Shown here: one piece after another, positions 1-12,500 of the stretch
Numbering within the stretch: the stretch's first letter is position 1
How the letters are laid out: each line of letters begins with the position of its first letter
NCBI GenBank assembly: GCA_016906335.1
Contig: JADEYG010000003.1
Span: 744,001-808,000 of the forward strand
Length of the DNA: 64,000 nt
Source: Novakomyces olei
Taxonomy: Eukaryota
Reading direction: 5' to 3'
Notes under the pieces: generated by a model
Told to the model about the DNA's origin: nothing
The model's input: the letters and a program-made list of their open reading frames with translations, nothing else
The model's database searches: none
Position numbers and translations under genes: made by a program

Positions 1-423
1 CGATACCTCTAGAATGGCCGATAAGGGCCCACGGCCAATAATCAAACTCTTCGACTAAATAGTCGAGTACACGATCGATATCATCCAAATCATCCTGATA
101 TTAGACGGAGTACAGCGGCCTTACACTAATAAATCTTGGAGAATCAACGTCTTTGTCTGTTGACTCCCCACAGCCACGAAAGTCTAGGCGCACAGAGTCG
201 ATACCAAGCTGCTGCGCCAGCATTCGCTGGTAGCAGTAATCCTTGTGTCCACTAGAATACGTTAATTACCCCACACTGGAAGAATATTGCGGCAGCCTTA
301 CGCATGGCCGTGGCATATTACAGCCAACTTGGAGGCAGGCCGACGAAATTGTGTGTTTTGCTCGAGTATACACACTATTCGTTGGCCATTGGCACCCGCG
401 ATCTCGACGCGCGTCGATACCAT
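1..423 (-). CDS. Alpha/beta-fold serine hydrolase, 5' part only (runs off the window start); absent from the ORF track
   Basis: ATG at 423. Removing introns 252-301 and 95-124 gives MVSTRVEIAG...LAVICHGHAGHKDYCYQ...RLDFRGCGES...LIGHSRG, which contains the HG oxyanion motif and a GxSxG nucleophile elbow. Confidence 0.85.
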
Positions 424-683
424 ACCGTCATGTGATTGAAGTCGTTACTGTAGGCAATATATTGTATGTCGAAATGAATTATTTATACGCAAATTATCTA
501 GAAGATTATTGTTATTATTATTATTATTATTATTCTTTTCTTTTCTTCTTCATCTACTAGCATGCTAATGGTCGCCATGGGCGATCAGAGACTGTATGGA
601 CCCGATCCGAACAAACCCAAATCATCAATGTCATAGGATTGGATAAGGCTATGTAAATTGACCTAAACTCGACGTCTTTCTGA

Positions 684-1229
684 CTACGGCCGGCCTATAA
701 TCATAATTTGCAGCTCACACGCATCCAACTCAGACACTGGCCTCGTGTCGGATACTATCTTTCCACGAAGTAGCAGGCGCACGCTTGACGCAGGAACTGA
801 CAGCTCTGAAGCCGCTTGCTTTTTAATTTCTGCAGCAGTTGCTTGGCTGTCGACCGCCAATTGCAGTCTAGTTTGGGGCGGTCGTAGTAGTCGTGCGTTA
901 ATTGTGACTAGTTTCAATTAGCCGTAGCAAATCATAATATATACCTTTATCGGACTGGAGAGAGCCCTCAGACGCGGCCGGCTGGTCGGGGTTTGTAGAT
1001 CCTGTTGACGTGTATGCAAAGTCTGGCAGCGGCGCTAGTCCTGCCTGCTTATTAGCTGTAAATTAGTGTAAATATGCCTACCCCAACTGCAGACCAGTCT
1101 ACTTCTTCAGGTGCTTTTTTAAAAGTATCGTTATAAATAAGACGCCGACGGCCAAGAGCAGCAAGGCTCTGGCGCACAAACGCTGATTCTTCCATTGCGC
1201 CTAGTGATAATGTGATGGCTGTATTTCAT
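684..1229 (-). CDS. GET5: Get5/Mdy2-like ubiquitin-like domain protein (GET pathway)
   Basis: Probable ATG at 1229. Introns 1045-1081 and 908-944 (37 nt each). N-terminal ESAFVRQSLAALGRRRLIYND resembles the Get4-binding segment and is followed by a UBL domain (VRLLLRGKIVSD). Confidence 0.65.
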
Positions 1230-1281
1230 GCACGTCACTTTTCGTATGAGGACGTAATAAAAGCGGACATGTAATTGTCTT

Positions 1282-1282
1282 T

Positions 1283-1357
<75 letters not shown>

Positions 1358-1359
1358 TT
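1282..1359. repeat. (TTTA)n microsatellite in the GET5/FOL3 divergent spacer
   Basis: About 19 direct copies visible. Confidence 0.95.
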
Positions 1360-1442
1360 GATTGATTATATCCCTATTATTCATTATCAGATCAATCAGA
1401 AAATTGATCTCCAATGCGTCATCAGTTTGAGTGCATGAACTT

Positions 1443-2648
1443 ATGATCAAACCCGGGCTGCAGCGGATCACCAAGCTGCTTTCAGCTCTTGGTGATCCGC
1501 ACAATAGTTATCGCATAATACATGCAGCGGGAACGAATGGCAAAGGCTCAGTGTGCGCTTACACGTCTAGTATTCTTGACCGTGCTCAAATAGCTCACGG
1601 CCGTTTCACGAGCCCGCATCTCGTTCACAGATGGGATTGTATCCATGTGAACGGGGGTGCTGTATCAGAGGCAGACTTTAATCGTCAAGAGCGCCTTGTG
1701 AAAACTTGCAATGAATCTGAAGGCATTAATGCCTCGGAATTTGAAGTATTAACGGCAACAGCGTTTTTATTGTTCCGTGAGCAACGTGTAAAGATCGCGG
1801 TCATAGAGGCCGGCCTTGGGGGTACGCTAGATGCCACTAATGTCGTCAGTCCGTTGGTAACGATTATCACTAAAGTCTCGCTGGACCATACGGATTTTCT
1901 CGGTCCAACTTTACAGAGCATTGCGCAGCACAAAGTGGGTATCATGAAACCACGAGTGCCCTGTATAATTGACGCAACAAACTCTGACGCAGTGTTGACA
2001 TTAGCACGGGAACGCGCTTCTGCTTTGAACTCTACCCTTGTGGAAGTGAAAGCAGACGGAAGCGATTATAGGGCTTCTGATGGAAATCAGTATCAAATCC
2101 GTCCGCAGCTACGTGGCTCGTACCAGCTGCAAAATGCTGGCTGTGCATTAGAGGCGGCCATTATGATTCGTCGCGATGGCTTTGATATCAGTCAGCTAGA
2201 CGTAGAGGCTGGTATTTCCCTAGCAAAATGGCCTGGAAGGCTTTCCCAGTATTCAATGCAAGAACTCGGGTTCAAGGGAGATGGAGTCGTGGTCGTTGAT
2301 GGGGCTCACAACGTGGACGCTGCTAAATCTTTAGGAGAGTATTGCAAGGCCTCTGGTGGCCGAGCATTCATACTGGCATTCTCCGCAACAAAGGATTATA
2401 GAAGTATGGTGCAGGCGCTATTACAGCCGGGTGATACTGTACATGTTGTAGAGTTCTCTCCCGTGGAAGGCATGCCGTGGGTTAAACCAGCCAGTGTTGA
2501 TGAATTAGTGGAAACTATTCCTGGAGCAATTCCCTGTGCCTCGCTGGACGAGGCCTTAAAGAGCGCTGTGCAGAAAAGCACGTGCGTTGTCGTAGCAGGC
2601 AGCTTGTACTTGGTGGCCGATTTTTATCGGGCTTTCCCCCTAGTTTGA
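1443..2648 (+). CDS. FOL3: Dihydrofolate synthetase / folylpolyglutamate synthase family
   Basis: Intronless; motifs AGTNGKGS, FTSPHL, EAGLGGTLDATN, WPGR, DGAHN, GSLYLV; in-frame ATG at 1443. Confidence 0.9.
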   Translation: MIKPGLQRITKLLSALGDPHNSYRIIHAAGTNGKGSVCAYTSSILDRAQIAHGRFTSPHLVHRWDCIHVNGGAVSEADFNRQERLVKTCNESEGINASEFEVLTATAFLLFREQRVKIAVIEAGLGGTLDATNVVSPLVTIITKVSLDHTDFLGPTLQSIAQHKVGIMKPRVPCIIDATNSDAVLTLARERASALNSTLVEVKADGSDYRASDGNQYQIRPQLRGSYQLQNAGCALEAAIMIRRDGFDISQLDVEAGISLAKWPGRLSQYSMQELGFKGDGVVVVDGAHNVDAAKSLGEYCKASGGRAFILAFSATKDYRSMVQALLQPGDTVHVVEFSPVEGMPWVKPASVDELVETIPGAIPCASLDEALKSAVQKSTCVVVAGSLYLVADFYRAFPLV

Positions 2649-2779
2649 GCTGGAATCATAATACTAATTTTATATTATTATTATTATTATTGGTATTGGT
2701 ATTAATATTAATTTAATAAATTCTTCATTAATCATAGTGCTATGTGTAACGATAATCACTGTCTCCGAGGATACAAGTC

Positions 2780-3587
2780 CTAGTCTAGCCGCCGCAAGAG
2801 ATACTCGACCTCGACCTGCCTGGTCAAGGGAATGACCCAGTCGCGGTAGAGGTCAACGACTATCTGCGGGTCCAGTTTCCCAGGCGCGTCCTCGTCCGAG
2901 GCTAAAGGATCCCGACCATAGTTACGGGCCTTGACATATAAGCGCTTGAGCAGCTTTGCCTCCACTTCGGGCTTTGTAATCGCCGCTTCCAGCGCGGCAA
3001 TATTGCGCTCACGTATTAGCTGGGAAAAGTGCTCTGTTTCAGTCAAGAATTTGACTTCTGCCACAAACTTTCCAAAATGAATTCGTCGCGAGAGAGCCTG
3101 CAGGCAGTTCACATCGCACACGGCGGCAGACCCATAGTTTTCCCTCCGCTCACCGCGATCTGGTCCACTCGGGCAGATTGCAGGCACTATATGGTTAATG
3201 TAAAACTGCTTAATTTCCGCGTTAGCATTCACATTATCCCGTTTCACGAGCTCCGGGTAGTCGAGAGCAGCGATGATTGGCTCTGACAAATCAGAGGTAA
3301 AAGGGTACTCGTCCGGTGACGTGTACCGACGGATCTTTGCTTGTAAAGTTCAGTAGACTGCAATTGCTGACGCGTAACATACCATGAACATTTTCTGACT
3401 CGTGGAGAAGCCAATCGAGGAAAGAGCCGCCATAGTCTGGCAGCACTGCGCCGGGCGCGTAGATTGAGGCATTGACAGGGAACTGTGCGCGCTCAATAAG
3501 ACTAAATATGATTGTGTCTTCTTGCCGGATAAGCGCGTATCGAATATTATCCAAGTCGAGCGCGTGCGACCGGTCTAGTAGATCCAT
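2780..3587 (-). CDS. ARO7: Chorismate mutase
   Basis: LDLDNIRYALIRQEDTIIFSLIERAQF, then intron 3340-3382, then IRRYTSPDEYPF...NYGSAAVCD..CLQALSRRIHFGKFVAE...VEVEYLLRRL. Confidence 0.95.
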
Positions 3588-3722
3588 TGCTAGTCATGGA
3601 CAAGATTGGTTTGACAAGATTGGTCAATTAGCGCAGCGCAGTTCTTATCACTATATCGCAAATATTATAGGGATACGCGTGAAGAAGGGCGCTTTGTAGG
3701 CGAAATGTGATTTAATTATAAG

Positions 3723-3893
3723 GCGGTGGAGAATAAGCGTAGAAAAAGGTGTCGAAAAAGGTGTAGAAAAAGGTGTAGAAAAGGGCGTAGAAAAAGGTGT
3801 AGAAAAGGGCGTAGAAAAGGCGGTAGAAAATGGCGTAGAAAAGGCGGTAGAAAATGGTGTAGAAAAGGCGGTAGAAAAAGGCGATAGATAAGG
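3723..3893. repeat. Degenerate ~12-bp purine-rich minisatellite (GTAGAAAAAGGY-like)
   Basis: About 13 copies visible; lies between the divergent ARO7 and PP2A-B55 genes. Confidence 0.9.
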
Positions 3894-4671
3894 GGCGCAT
3901 GCGTTTGTGAAAACAGTCTTTCTTTATTTTCCTGCTTTATCATTTCGTATATGAACAAGTTATCGTATACACATTGCTGTACAATGGCCAATGTGTCCAA
4001 TGTGTATGTATGTGTGCACAAAAGATTACGCCAACAAGCACAAGGAATCCAGAAAGCACGAATATTGATTAATATAGGGTAAATGTGCGAATACGCTCCT
4101 ACCAGCGCCGCCGCAGTGCATAAGTAGTACCTTTTCGTAGGGTTTGTGACAATTTATGTCATACTTGTCTGCACCCAGCATTGCTTGTGCAAAGAACATG
4201 CAAGCGTAAAAATGCGTATACGCGGACAAACCGCCTCTCATCGACAATCACCGTAATACTGTGACGGTGTTGTTTCAGCGGCGGCTGATAACGGGAACAA
4301 GTGTGCCGCTGTTCTCAATCAGCATCCAATTTGAGGGCACAAGCGTTCGAGACTCGATAGAGGTTTGGCTCTTTGTTCTGGTAGCTTTGGTCTTGAATAG
4401 TAGAGTATTTATTATTACCAATATTTTTGGGAGAGTACTATACACAGATCTTTGTTGCACGACCAGCCTGCCGACACGATTACAGCCTCAATCGGCCTTG
4501 CATTCTCGGGATAACGGACGTATAACACGGTCTGTACGATTTGGGAGTGGCTGCTTTACGTGTTGATTTGGTGTGGAACATCGGAATTGGTAGACAAGCA
4601 AGTTTGGTGGCCGTGACGAGTCTGATTCTCACTGCCACCAGAAACTGTCCTTGAACGCTGCCACGTGTTGA

Positions 4672-6506
4672 ATGGCCGCGATGGAGAAGAATTGGAAATT
4701 TGCCCAGTATGAACACCATTTAGCGCTCTATAAGATTTGTGCTAACTCGGTAAAGATGCTTTGGTGACAAGGATGACGAGGAGGATATCACGGAAGGTAA
4801 ATGGCCATTTTATAGAATACGGTTATTAATCTTGTACTTGAAGCCGATATTATAAGCACTGTTCAGTTTGATCAGTCGGGTGATTATTTGGCCACAGGTG
4901 ATAAGGGAGGCCGTGTGGTGTTATTCGAAAGGAATCACACGGTATGTGGCTTCAAGCCTGGTTTTTAATTTCAATCTCTCTGACTCGCCCTTAGAAACGA
5001 GGATGTGAGTACCGGTTCTACGGTGAATTCCAGTCTCATGAACCTGAATTCGACTATTTAAAATCGCTCGAGATAGAGGAGAAAATCAATAAGATCAAAT
5101 GGTGTCGTCGGTCCAACAAGGCGCATTGCCTGCTTACCACAAATGGTACGCAAGCCTCGTTGTTTCCCGTCTTTTTGTTTTGTTTTTGTCCGTTTTAGCC
5201 TTTTGTCTGTCTAACAAGTGTGTCTAGACAAAACTATAAAGCTCTGGAAAGTGTACGACAAGGGCATCCGGGTTGTGGCGGAGAATAACTTGAGCGATGG
5301 TGCACATAATTTTGATCCGTTAGATCCCGCTACTCTCAGACTACCACGAACAAGTCTACACGACACGATTGTTCACCCAACACTAAAAAAATCTTACGCT
5401 AATGCACACGCTTATCACATCAATTCTATCAGCGTGAACTCTGACGATGAAACTTATCTTTCCGCTGACGATTTACGCATTAATCTTTGGAATATGGAAA
5501 TACAGAATCAGTGCTTCAGTGAGTTTGGCAGCCTTACAGCTCTTTATTTTTTACTGTTATTTTCATTGTTAAATTTATTCAATACTATTTTCATGGGAAA
5601 AAGTTGGATTAAGTCTAGCTCTGTTCCTTCATCCTGTTCTCGTTTGTTGCTAATTGTCAGACATTGTTGATATAAAGCCAGTAAACATGGAAGAGTTGAC
5701 AGAGGTTATTACATCAGCAGAGTTTCATCCTACTGCTTGCAATCTGTTTATATATAGCACGAGCAAAGGAACTATTAAACTCGGCGATATGAGAGAATCT
5801 GCATTGTGTGACACACAGGCCAAACGTATGATATGATCGTTTCCTTGTAAAATACTAATTTTACAATAGTATTTGAACCTGAAGAGGAAGACCCCGAATC
5901 TAAATCTTTCTTTCACGAAATTATATCATCTATCTCTGATGCGAAATTCTCGAGCGATGGCCGATACATGGTCTCACGAGACTTCATGACGCTTAAAATA
6001 TGGGATGTCAACATGGAACGGCGTCCGTTAAAGACGATTAATATGCAACAATATCTACGGCCAAAGTTGTGTGATTTATATGACAATGACTGCATCTTTG
6101 ACAAGTTTGAGTGCACATTTTCAGGCGATGGCAAAAGCGTTTTGTCAGGTTCATATGGGAACAATTTAATGATATACCCGTCTGATCCCAACGTCGATGC
6201 AATGGAAAACGAGGTTATTTTGCAGGCTGATAAATCGGCATTTAAGGCTAAAAAGATCGCTGGTGTCGGGGGTGGACGCAATACTGCCGCATTTAACAAT
6301 GCTCAGAATGGTTATGGCGGTGGATCAGCCCTGATGGATCCTCAGCGGCTTGACTATGGAAAAAAGATTCTGCACGCAAGCTGGCACCCCTACGAAAATT
6401 CTATAGCAATTGCAGCTACAAATAATGTATGTGTTTATTTGTTTATTTTTGTTTTATCCTTTACTCGAGTGCTAATTGGCAGCTGTTCATATTTTCAACG
6501 CTTTGA
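4672..6506 (+). CDS. CDC55: Protein phosphatase 2A regulatory subunit B55 (WD40), Cdc55/Pab1; 8 exons
   Basis: [16 protein letters not shown]..., [73 protein letters not shown]; seven GT-AG introns (donors near 4707, 4797, 4942, 5146, 5519, 5826, 6427). Confidence 0.95.
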
Positions 6507-7154
6507 ATGCACTGAAACGCTGGACGATAAACAATGTATAAAAGCGGTTAGAAAGTTGGGTTATGGTCAGTATGTAATTTTGTGCATTTGTGTAATCCTT
6601 TCTTCATCGCGTCGATTTTAATGCCAAAGCCCGAAACGCCCAGAATTTTGGCATCTGCTTTACTTTGCTTATGGACTGGTTGGATCATCCATTCCACATT
6701 TTTTGCCATTATTATTATTCATTTTCCCTCGTCCTTTTCAAATGGGATACCAATTTAAGCAGATCCCCTCGCAAGGTAAAGCTACTCTTTGCAGGATTCT
6801 AATCACAATTTGTTGGGTTCTCTATTGCTTTAGGCGCGACCGCCATTACGTTTTAGACGCACATTACTAGAAGATATAATATTTTCATCGTTCAAATGTT
6901 AGATCTCACATGGCATAAACCGCTCAACAGACATTGGGTAATTCAAATAAATTAGAAAATAAAACTGATAATAAAATTAGGCCAAAATTTCATTGTAGTT
7001 TTCTTGGTTTTTAATTTAGTTATACCAAATCATAGAGCTACTACCAAAAAAGTCGAAGCTTATTCAGACAATCACAAAGCAATAAATAAACCGCTGCAGC
7101 TCAAAGTAATACACAAAGGCCATGGTAATGGCTTAAATCCCATTTCTCTTTCAC

Positions 7155-7968
7155 TCACTCCTTTTTAGCCATCAGTTTTTCCTTTGCCAGAATTTCCTTC
7201 TTTCGCTTAGCACTGAGCCGTTGCAGCCTATCGTGCAAGTCCCGGCGATAACCGAGGCCAAACATGTACTCGAGAAAAACGAAAAATGGTGCAAGATAAA
7301 CGCTCTGAAAGAGATTGTCGAGAAGCGCAGGTTTACGGTGCTCTGCAAACCCGTGACCGACAAACTGCAAGATCCAAGATACAATATGTATAACAGCACA
7401 GCCATTAACGCTCGAGCGGACTCCATAAGTAGGGAACAGCCATAAGCGTCCAAGTGGTGCCGAGGCGAGTAGCGCAATTGTGTACAGCGACTTTTGTTAG
7501 AGGAAAAAAATAACAAATGTATAATTAAAAATAGAATTAAACTAAATTAAATAAACCAAATTAAACAAGACTAAATGAAAATGAAAATGAAATAAAATAA
7601 AATAAAATAAAATAAAATAAAATAAAATAAAACCTACACCTGCAAAAGGCTCCATTGCGATAGCTCCGAGCCCCCATAAGAGGGATACAAGGGTCGAGGG
7701 ATAAAGATCGATTCGGTACCCGAGTAGACTCGCGTACCTGTGCGCTCCGTACGCGTCAAGTATGTACTCAAAACTCAAAAGAATCAAAGGCACGCAAGCT
7801 GTGGAGAATGGATGAGCCGAGATTTGATAAGCAATCAAGCAATTATACCCATATGAATAGCCACATTGATTTTGTTTGAATGGTAAGCACCATAGAACGG
7901 CATTTGCCTATCGAGCTATTTATTAACAAGCCTAATAATCTTTCATTCTTTTACCGTCAAAAGATCCA
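7155..7968 (-). CDS. MPO1: DUF962 / Mpo1-like membrane protein (2-hydroxy fatty acid dioxygenase family)
   Basis: Spliced [27 protein letters not shown]...[33 protein letters not shown]; three introns. Confidence 0.85.
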
Positions 7969-8120
7969 TGTTGAGAAGTTGCGCAGTTGAGTGGAGAAGA
8001 TGGAGGCCGACGGTATTTGGCCATATTTATTTATATTATGATGTAGTCCGTATTGTATATCGTCTTATTGGTGTATTATTCCAAGTTGTACTAGTCCAAG
8101 TTGTATGTATTATTGATTAT

Positions 8121-8348
8121 TGTATTGTATTTATTGTATTTATTGTATTTATTGTATTTATTGTATTTATTGTATTTATTGTATTTATTGTATTTATTGT
8201 ATTTATTGTATTTATTGTATTTATTGTATTTATTGTATTTATTGTATTTATTGTATTTATTGTATTTATTGTATTTATTGTATTTATTGTATTTATTGTA
8301 TTTATTGTATTTATTGTATTTATTGTATTTATTGTATTTATTGTATTA
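8121..8348. repeat. (TTTATTGTA)n 9-bp tandem array
   Basis: About 25 near-perfect copies in the MPO1/VPS26 divergent spacer, ending about 30 nt before the VPS26 ATG. Confidence 0.97.
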
Positions 8349-8376
8349 TCGCACTTCTCCACGACTCGCACCCGCA

Positions 8377-9409
8377 ATGGCGTCGTACTTGTTCAAGTCG
8401 CCGGTGGATGTCGACATCCATCTCGATGGCGAAGACGAGCGGCAGCTTGTTGATATGAAAGTTGGAAGGGGCCGAAAAGAAAAAGCACCCTTATATCAGG
8501 ACGGCGAATCGGTAAAAGGCACGGTATGACTGGCCAAACATTTATTCGTCATCGCTAAACCCACAGATCGTTGTACGGCCAAAAGATGGTAAGCGTCTGG
8601 AGCACAATGGCATCAAAGTCCAGTTTATTGGCAGCATTGAGCTGTTTTCTGATCGGGGCAACCACTATGAGTTTCTTTCCCTCGTTCAAGAGCTGGCCTC
8701 CCCAGGCGAATTGAAGCACTCACAAACGTTTACCTTTGAGTTTAAAAACGTGGAGAAGCAATACGAAAGCTACCAGGGCATTAACGTTAAGCTTCGGTAT
8801 TTTGTGCGTGCTACAGTGGCCCGGCGTATGCCGGATATTGTCAGGGAAAAGGATATATGGGTGTACAGCTACAGAATGCCGCCCGAAACCAATAGCTCTA
8901 TAAAGATGGACGTTGGCATTGAAGATTGCTTGCACATTGAGTTTGAGTACTCGAAATCAAAATATCATTTGAAGGATGTTATCATCGGCAAGATTTACTT
9001 TTTGCTGGTACGGCTAAAGATAAAGCATATGGAGCTGAGCATTATCCGGAGGGAAACTACCGGTGCCGCTCCGAATCAGTACAATGAAAGCGAAACTATT
9101 ACACGATTCGAGTTGATGGACGGGAACCCTAATCGCGGAGAAACCATTCCCCTCCGACTCTTCTTGGGCGGGTTTGATCTGACTCCGACTTTTAGAGATG
9201 TAAACAAAAAGTTTTCCGTTCGGTATTACTTGAGTCTTATACTCGTGGATCAGGACCAGCGTCGCTACTTTAAACAGTCTGAGATTACTTTATGGCGGCA
9301 GCCAGAGCAATCGGCACTTGAACCGCCTCCGCCAGAGCAATCAGATCAAACTGACCAACGGCAGGTGGCAGATGATGATCATTCTGCAGATCAGACTGGC
9401 CAGGATTAG
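8377..9409 (+). CDS. VPS26: Retromer subunit Vps26/Pep8
   Basis: MASYLFKSPVDVDI...; intron 8524-8566; SIKMDVGIEDCLHIEFEYSKSKYHLKD, GETIPLRLFL. Confidence 0.96.
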
Positions 9410-9553
9410 AGAGAGCGATTGAGCGGATTACAATGTAGCTTTAAATTTTCACTTTTATCCTCATGCAGGCCACATTCAAGCGCGTCTTTGTTACTATACA
9501 TCGTCATCTTTATAAAACAGGCCGTGCCATTATGGTCGCATAGTAGGGATACT

Positions 9554-12500
9554 CTAGTCGAATCCAAACGGATTATCCGGGGCTAGAATGTTAGTAATTG
9601 TTAATAAATAAATAAATCACTGATAAATCTATTAATTTGAAATTTGAAACTTACTCGCATTGAAGATGTTTGCTTTCCCGGTTTTTTGCGGTTGAACACC
9701 AAAACTGACAGGTCTAAACATTGATGCGTCTTCTGCCCCCATAGGGGCCTGCGGCTGTTGCATCATCATTGGCTGCTGAGCAAAAGGTATTTGCTGCTGA
9801 GGAAATTGCTGTTGTTGTGGAGCAAAACCCGGTGTGGGCTGCATTCCGTTGAATCCCTGACCGAATCCACCATTGAATGCAAAAGGCAAAGGCTGTTGGG
9901 GCTGCTGCTGCATGAATAACTCGGGCTGAGCGAATCCAGTTTGCATTTGCTGATTAAAGCCATTAATGGGTGTGGTAGCCTGGCTCGCAAAAATGCCAGG
10001 CTCCGGCTGCTGTAGCTGGTAGCCGGTTGCCGCGATTGGCTGAGGAAAGCCTGTCTGCTGTGGGAACCCTGTCGGCTGAGAAAACATTGTCGGTTGAGGG
10101 AAACCTGTAGAGATGGGTTGCTGAAACCCAGTTGCTGCTGGCATTTGCTGCTGGAGCCCTGTGTTTGCATTGAAGCCGGTAGGATTGGCCTGGATTCCTG
10201 TAGCAAAAGGCTGTTGAAACCCGGTAGGATTCTGTGCCATTCCCGTGGCAAAAGGCTGTTGAAACCCTGTAGGATTCTGTGCCATTCCCGTGGCAAAAGG
10301 CTGTTGAAACCCTGTAGGATTCTGCGCCATCCCTGTAGCAAAAGGCTGTTGCATAGGCGTAGAAAACCCTTGATAGAACCCGGTTTGCATTGGCTGCTGG
10401 GCCACACCCGTCATAAACGGATTGAGCGGCTGCATGACACCAGTCTGTTGAGCTGAGATCTGCTGCTGCTGCATTTGACTGGCCAGCTGGTTCATTGAAG
10501 GCTGCTGGCCCGTCATTGCTGCCTGCTGAATAGCAGCTGTAGGCTGCCCCGTAATCTGGGCCCCGAAAGCCGAAGAAGGCGTGAAATTACGAGCCTGAAA
10601 AGGCGGAATATGTGGGTGCAAATCCAGAGGCTGAAACCCAGTTGGCTGCTGCGTGGCTACTTGTGCCATGGGCAAAGTTACCGGTGCCGGAGCAGCCGTC
10701 TTTTCCGGTTCTAATGGAGGCGGCAAAACAGTGGGGCCTTTGGCCGCTGTATGACTTGTTGCTGAAGCATCAAGGTCCTGTAAATCCTTGAGTGCTCCCG
10801 TCGTCTGGTTCCCGAGCCTTTGCGGCTCAGGCTGCTGCATTTGAGGAGGCCGAGCAGTAGAACTGCCGGGTTTAACCGTCCACGCATCGTCCTCAAATCC
10901 GGAAACAGGGACAGGTTTCTTTTGAGCTGAAGGCTTTTCTGGCGTTGGAGGCGGAGTCTCTGATCTCGGTCTTTCGAGGACTGTCGGATCAACAACATCG
11001 GCGGCTGAGCTTCTCGAACTGGGCCGGCTTCTTCTTCCACTCGTTGTGCTGCTATTAAAATTATTAGCGGTAGTCTTAGGCTGCAGTATGTCATCGTCGC
11101 TGCGAACAGAGGGGCCCATAACGTCCCGGGCAACTTCGCTGGCAGAAGCACGGCTGGCTGGCCTGGAGACAGAATCCCTGTGCAGCACTTTGTCAAGGTG
11201 CTTTTTGACCCGAATAATATCGCCCTCTTTAAGCCCAAGAGACCTCATAAGCTCCGGAGTTATATCCTCAAACGAGGATTCGTCCAAATGATCACGTTCA
11301 AATGCGGAAGCGTACCTCTGGCAAGTATGAACTTCGACACCGGCGTTAAGAAAGAACTCGAACCAATCGTACTCCTTTCTGCTCAGCGCCTGCTCTCGCG
11401 CAATAGCGGCGATATCGTGTGTGGGTCTTCCACTGGCCTCGGCTTCCTTACGTAACTCTCCTTCTCTCTGTTCCTGTTGTTCACGCTTCCTCTCGACCAA
11501 TCGCTCAACGTATTTCACATCCTCTGGCGACATTTTGGCAACAGGCACAGAGATCTTGACCCCGTTCAGTTTGTGCAGCTGGATGTTGTTGTCCACGAAC
11601 CCAATAAGCTGCGCGTCGACTTTGAATGAGCCTGTCCGATCCGTCCATGTTCTGACTTTAGCCATGTCCGGCATCGATCTGGCGGAAGAGCCAGATGGAC
11701 TCGATCCTGATCGAGCCGAGGATCCGTGCCGGCTCCGTCTTTTGCCTGCACCGGAATAAGATGGTGCAGAAGAAGAGGCAATTTCGTCATCTGCCCTGTC
11801 CCCTCTGTGCCGGGAGGAGGCAGTATTGCTACGCTCAATCTTCTTACGGCCCCTCTCTATATAACTACTCGGTATTACACCTGAATGGCCGCCCAGTCGG
11901 CACTTCCACCACTCGTCAGAAGCAGTGTCGTCCAAAATCTCGACCTCCGTATTCGCCCGAACAGATAATTCATCAGCGCCCTGAGCTTCAAAGTCGTAAA
12001 GCACAACTCCATATTTCTTAGAGGGCATACTAAGCTTAGGTGCAACGTATACGTCGTCGTCGTCATCATTGTTTGCACCAGCGTTACCATCGTCAGAGTC
12101 CTCTCCGTAGACAGACAGCCGGTGTTGACTTGATCTGGCCAGCGCTGAATCCTCTGGCAGATCAGAGATTGGTCGGCCACTCGCCCGAGCAATGTCTCTT
12201 AGTCCAGAAGCTCGAGCTGCCCCAGCTACAAGACCCAAATGAGCTGCAATTTCACTGGCTGCCTGATTAGATCCGGCATGAAAATCAAAACTAGCCGCGT
12301 CCCTGGGGCTGTCCAGCTCGATAAAAACATGTTTTTTCTCTTGTGAATAAGTTACAAGGGCCGTTATTGGCCACGTGCGAACTGGCGCTGCTCCTTCTGG
12401 TGAATAAATTATCTTGTCGTTGCCCACACCAAGAGTGCCTTTGACTTTCTTGCGCTTGTTTTGTACCTCCTGGACCGGCCATGTCCTAAAATCACCATTT

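Noticed and set aside
1443-3587. FOL3 next to ARO7 as a chorismate-linked gene cluster; also the co-occurrence of trafficking genes and two Pol II subunits
   Set aside because: FOL3 and ARO7 are convergent with no shared promoter; such adjacency is expected by chance in a compact housekeeping region
3723-3893. Minisatellites as a CRISPR array or telomere remnant
   Set aside because: No unique spacers, a eukaryotic context, and no TTAGGG-type unit
7968-8529. ORF-track ORFs with IVF/LYL/YCI/NTI repeats, and similar poly-I/L/Y, VEF, QQI and FIYL ORFs at 13.7, 28, 36.5, 48.6 and 50.7 kb
   Set aside because: They are translations of stop-free tandem repeats in spacers or introns; the flanking real genes are complete without them
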